Shown here in pieces: positions 60,256 to 64,000 of a DNA stretch of 64,000 bases. Each line of letters opens with the position of its first letter. Positions within the stretch are counted from its first letter, which is position 1. Both the position numbers and the translations under genes were made by a program. The DNA lies in assembly GCF_049099775.1 (NCBI RefSeq), contig NZ_JAGDZM010000009.1, positions 74,643 to 138,642 of the forward strand, read 5' to 3'. The notes beneath the pieces were generated by a model, which was given only the letters and a program-made list of their open reading frames with translations, did not search any database and was not told the origin of the DNA. Source of the DNA: Roseivirga sp. (GTDB lineage: Bacteria > Bacteroidota > Bacteroidia > Cytophagales > Cyclobacteriaceae).

Positions 60256-61328
60256 TTGGCAGAAGCAGTTTTAGTTCCGTTCATTTGATTTTGAGATAAT
60301 TCATTGGATGAAAAATGAGTTCTCAATAGTCTGAACATTTCCCAAAAAGGAGTAACCCTAGCGCCTTGCTTCATATTTTCGATACTGACTAAACATGAGG
60401 TTTTCATACTTGTCATGGTATCCTTATATGCTTGAAGCAAGCTATATTTTGGATCGTAGATATGACCTGGTTCCGAAGTCACGCCATTGAGCTCCAATAT
60501 TTTTATGTTTCGCCCAGCGTATAAGTCTTCTATCGAACTTACTTTTAAGTCAAATCTCCCAAAATTAAAACCATCTACATCAGCTGCTATCTCATCGAAA
60601 ACACTCACCAATTTATCATTGATTAGGTGTTGCCCACTTAAAAATTTAGTGCCTAAACAGTGGTTTCCAATAGGCTGCAAATTTTCATATGCACCTTTGG
60701 GTAAAACATCGTTTAAATGCGTTCCAAATTTCTCTTCAAGTACAGGCATCTGGAGTTTTGCTCGTTCGCTTTTTGCCAACAAGGTTCGAATTGTTGAAAC
60801 TCCATCTCCAGTTACACCCAAGAATTCCTTTTGTACAATTGAAGTAATATTACTGGTATTACTAATCGGTAACTTGTGATAAAGTACACCGAGCTCAATT
60901 TCAAAATCAACGAATTCTTGAATGATAAAATCCTGATGGTTTTGGGTAATGTAATGTTCAAGGTTCAGTTGGCTGTCCAACTTTTCTACTTCAGCGCCAC
61001 GTTCACCAACATCGGGTTTGATAATCATCGGGAAGGTCAATCCAGTATTAGTAATTCCTGCTACAACATCTGACAAGCTAGTATTAGCTTCAAAGAATAG
61101 CGTAGTGGGTTTATACTTAGGATTAATCTTTTCTAAGATGTCTATTTTGGACTCGCCAAAAACACCTCCATGAATAATTCCAGGATTGGCAGCGGTAAAG
61201 TATGTTAAAGACTTTGCTCGTGCTGCTAAATAAATCCAATAAGGCACTAGAGGCATAAAAAACAACCAAAAGGGCCAATATTCATAGTAGATTATCTTAA
61301 CCAGAAAAAGTGGTAACCTATGTCTCAT
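60252..61328 (-). CDS. ATP-grasp fold protein (D-Ala-D-Ala-ligase-like, function unknown)
   Basis: IIKPDVGERG, IIQEFV, GRFDL, ILELNG. Confidence 0.8.
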   Translation of the reverse strand: MRHRLPLFLVKIIYYEYWPFWLFFMPLVPYWIYLAARAKSLTYFTAANPGIIHGGVFGESKIDILEKINPKYKPTTLFFEANTSLSDVVAGITNTGLTFPMIIKPDVGERGAEVEKLDSQLNLEHYITQNHQDFIIQEFVDFEIELGVLYHKLPISNTSNITSIVQKEFLGVTGDGVSTIRTLLAKSERAKLQMPVLEEKFGTHLNDVLPKGAYENLQPIGNHCLGTKFLSGQHLINDKLVSVFDEIAADVDGFNFGRFDLKVSSIEDLYAGRNIKILELNGVTSEPGHIYDPKYSLLQAYKDTMTSMKTSCLVSIENMKQGARVTPFWEMFRLLRTHFSSNELSQNQMNGTKTASAK

Positions 61329-61437
61329 AAATCAAAATCGAAAGATAATCAACGCCTGAACATAAACTTAGTTTTGTCAAGAATAAGTGTTAACCAACAC
61401 TTTGTCACTCTGCCGTCTACAGAAGCGTCTGCTTAAT

Positions 61438-61454
61438 GACAACTAGCGTGCCAA
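61438..61454 (-). promoter_or_regulatory. Candidate sigma54 (-24/-12) promoter
   Basis: TTGGCACGCTAGTTGTC vs consensus TGGCAC-N5-TTGC (GT at -12). Confidence 0.65.
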
Positions 61455-61535
61455 GTCGTATTTTATCATTATACTCAATTGATTATCAATAGTTTATATT
61501 CATACAGCTTAAATAATATACTAAATAAAATTACT

Positions 61536-61657
61536 ATATTTCGTGATTTTCACTATTATTCAGGAATAGTGATAACTAATTCAATTATGGGGTATTAGAT
61601 CATTTAGACTGCTTTTTGATCACAAAATTATTGGTATAATTTTTTTCACGAAATATC
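61536..61657. promoter_or_regulatory. Candidate enhancer (UAS) sites for the adjacent activator
   Basis: TCACGAAATAT inverted at 61536-61546 and direct at 61646-61656; third copy at 63641-63651. Confidence 0.6.
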
Positions 61658-61762
61658 AGGAAATAACATAAAATCAATACTCCTTACATTTTTGCCTGCT
61701 CGCATTCATTTAGCTCAACACTATTCCAGACAGAAGGAACAATTGAAACACATGATGAAATT

Positions 61763-63637
61763 CTAACCCGAGACACCGCGCTTTATTTGTAAGCGCTTCA
61801 TTCGAGACTCGAGGGTGGTCGGCTTCATGCCTAAAATTTTTGCTGCTCCCTTATCACCGCTTACTCGCCAGGCTGTTTTCTGGAGCACACTTATGATGTA
61901 CTTTCTTTCGAATTCATGAAGCGTATCAAAATCGCTTGAAAAAGTTTGTGATTCGGTTCGTGGAATCCAATCGCCGAGTTCTAAAGCGCGACCACTACTA
62001 AGAATCACCGATCGCTCAATTACATTTTCCAATTCTCGGATATTACCCGGCCAATGATACCCTTGTAAGGAGTTAATTACGCGCTTTGGAATTGACATTA
62101 CCTTCTTGCCAATCTTGGCCGAATATCGGTTCACAAAGTGCCTTGTCAAAAGCGGAATATCTTCTTTCCGCTCTCGCAATGGCATGCTGTATAACGGAAA
62201 TACATTGAGTCGATAAAACAAATCAGCTCTAAAAGATCCTTCATCTACTTCTTTCTGTAAATCTCTATTCGTTGCTGCAATTACGCGCACATCTACCTTA
62301 ATGGTATTTGTACTACCAAGGCGATCGAATTCACCTTCTTGAAGGGCCCTTAGCAATTTTGATTGCAACTCTAAAGGGAGTTCTCCAATCTCATCTAAGA
62401 ACAAGGTTCCGCCATCGGCCAACTCGAATCGGCCAATTTTCTTCGCAATAGCACCTGTAAACGCCCCTTTTTCATGCCCAAACAACTCACTTTCTATCAG
62501 GTTTGCTGGAAGCACGGCACAGTTTACTTTTACCAAAGGACGGTTGCTTCTTTTACTAATATTATGAATAGCTCGAGCCAGTAACTCTTTCCCCGTTCCA
62601 GATTCACCTAGAATAAGCACCGTTGCATCAGTGGTAGCTACTTGTTCGGAGGAAGACAGTACCGACCTGAATTTGCTGCTTTGGGTAATAATTTCTTGAA
62701 AATTATGTTCGTACTTAATTTCCTCTTGTAGGTAAGTGTTTTCCGCCTCCAGTCTGTCTTTTAGACTTTCAACTTCTTCTACCGCTTCGACTAGTTTCTG
62801 GTTCGCAATTTTTCTTTCTATTTCAACCGCTGCCCGATCTGAAAACAGCTTTAAAATTTCAACCTCCTCTTCAGAAAGCTCCAGTTTAGTGTCATTAAAT
62901 ATTGCAATGTGACCAATACAGTCATTCTCTGAAGAAAGGATTGGCACACCAAAGTAACCTTCTACACCTTTTTCTCTTTCAAACTTATCATGAACCCCTG
63001 TTTCCAGTAACCAGGTTTCGGAATTATCAACCACAAATTTGCAAGGGGTGCCGTGGGTATCGTACTCTACGTTTTCCTGCAGCCTGTTGTCTTTAAAATA
63101 AGCAAGTGTTCTTAATCGAGATTTAGAGGCATCAACACACTCCGTTACAATAGTCATGTGTACCCCCAGCGATCGACAAATGTTCTCTACAAGTGCTACA
63201 AAAAAATCTCCCCCTAAGGTATTGGATGTTGTTTCTGAAACTGAACGCAGTAAACGCTCTTTTCGCTTTCTTTCTGTTATATCTAAGATGAAACTTACAT
63301 TGTAAGCTTCACCTTCAAATTCAATGTGATTTACAAATATCTCAACTGGTATCTCTGTTCCGTCCTTTCTTAAATGCGTTGATTCGAGCCTAACTTTTTT
63401 CTCAATCTTAGATCTTTCCCAAAGCTCAGCATAAGTATCCGCGTTGAAATTTGGGTTTATTCGGGTGATATTTAATTTCTTGAATTCTTCGGCGGTATAG
63501 CCGTAAAGGAATTGAGCAGTTTCATTAGCGAATTTGAGCTGACCAGTCTCGTCCATCCAAAAAATAGAAGCAAGCGCTCTTTCTACGGTAAACTCCGATA
63601 GCTTAGTGTAGTCGATAGAGGGTTCAAATCCTTTCAT
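61763..63637 (-). CDS. Sigma54-dependent enhancer-binding protein (PAS-GAF-AAA+-HTH, FhlA-like)
   Basis: PAS (IFWMD...DITERK), [43 protein letters not shown]. Confidence 0.95.
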   Translation of the reverse strand: MKGFEPSIDYTKLSEFTVERALASIFWMDETGQLKFANETAQFLYGYTAEEFKKLNITRINPNFNADTYAELWERSKIEKKVRLESTHLRKDGTEIPVEIFVNHIEFEGEAYNVSFILDITERKRKERLLRSVSETTSNTLGGDFFVALVENICRSLGVHMTIVTECVDASKSRLRTLAYFKDNRLQENVEYDTHGTPCKFVVDNSETWLLETGVHDKFEREKGVEGYFGVPILSSENDCIGHIAIFNDTKLELSEEEVEILKLFSDRAAVEIERKIANQKLVEAVEEVESLKDRLEAENTYLQEEIKYEHNFQEIITQSSKFRSVLSSSEQVATTDATVLILGESGTGKELLARAIHNISKRSNRPLVKVNCAVLPANLIESELFGHEKGAFTGAIAKKIGRFELADGGTLFLDEIGELPLELQSKLLRALQEGEFDRLGSTNTIKVDVRVIAATNRDLQKEVDEGSFRADLFYRLNVFPLYSMPLRERKEDIPLLTRHFVNRYSAKIGKKVMSIPKRVINSLQGYHWPGNIRELENVIERSVILSSGRALELGDWIPRTESQTFSSDFDTLHEFERKYIISVLQKTAWRVSGDKGAAKILGMKPTTLESRMKRLQIKRGVSG

Positions 63638-63765
63638 ATTTCACGAAATATCGTAATATTATATGAGATATGGGTTGAACAAGAATTCTTTATCAAATGT
63701 CAGGAAGCCGCGCTTCTGATACATCCTAATAAATTTGTTCTCCGTTAGAACCCTGAAATAAATAT

Positions 63766-64000
63766 ATGACTATGCGACGATCGCTAATTTTTTCACTGCT
63801 CAGTTTCTCCTTTTTTATGCTGACAATTTCAGCAAAAGGCCAAAATCAGTCTTATGATTTAAAGCATTATAATTTAAAGAAAGGGTTGGCTATTCAGGGT
63901 TATGACCCGGTGGCTTATTTTACTGAAAACAAGGCAGTAGAAGGGTCAGACAAGTTTTCTGCGAAAAAAAATGGCATTACTTATCATTTCTCAACAGAGG
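63766..64000 (+). CDS. YHS domain-containing secreted protein (3'-truncated by window end)
   Basis: MTMRRSLIFSLLSFSFFMLTISAKGQ signal; LAIQGYDPVAYF, GITYHFS. Confidence 0.82.
   Translation, partial: MTMRRSLIFSLLSFSFFMLTISAKGQNQSYDLKHYNLKKGLAIQGYDPVAYFTENKAVEGSDKFSAKKNGITYHFSTE

Noticed and set aside
61479-61490. TTGAT-T-ATCAA as an FNR box for the Crp/Fnr protein
   Set aside because: Spacer is 1 nt, not 4; better explained as part of the IHF-like site
1548-63096. Many 60-170 aa ORFs nested in or antisense to long genes (e.g. 13939-14250, 15952-16452, 26859-27305, 29751-30089, 60487-60879)
   Set aside because: Shadow frames of well-supported genes, with no recognisable motifs or independent expression signals

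Overview
64-kb stretch of a Bacteroidota chromosome (TAnnTTTG sigma-A promoters, T9SS C-terminal domain, succinyl-type arg genes; probably a marine Cytophagales, which is inference). It is mostly core/housekeeping DNA: pyrR-pyrB, cbs, polX, an 8-gene arginine operon, clpC, sua5, mltG, tRNA-Ser/tRNA-Glu, plus accessory ECF-sigma, LytTR, TetR and sigma54 modules. No transposase, integrase, CRISPR array or rRNA was seen. The most interesting signals are small and lie below the ORF-track cut-off: (1) a 31-codon leader ORF ending RVRNRRR (4 AGG + 1 CGC) directly upstream of the arginine operon, a candidate arginine-sensing attenuator; (2) a self-contained 52-aa small-protein gene with its own promoter, a perfect 16-bp LacI-type palindrome and a terminator; (3) a complete sigma54 architecture (-24/-12, IHF-like site, repeated enhancer motif) linking a PAS-GAF activator to an ATP-grasp/LysE/Crp operon; (4) a repeated ECF promoter motif in a CnrYXH-like/diheme-peroxidase cluster; (5) a 6S-Flavo-like ncRNA; (6) a tRNA-Glu 3'-end duplication; (7) a PolX with a degenerate polymerase active site. 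All assignments were made by eye; no database searches were run.
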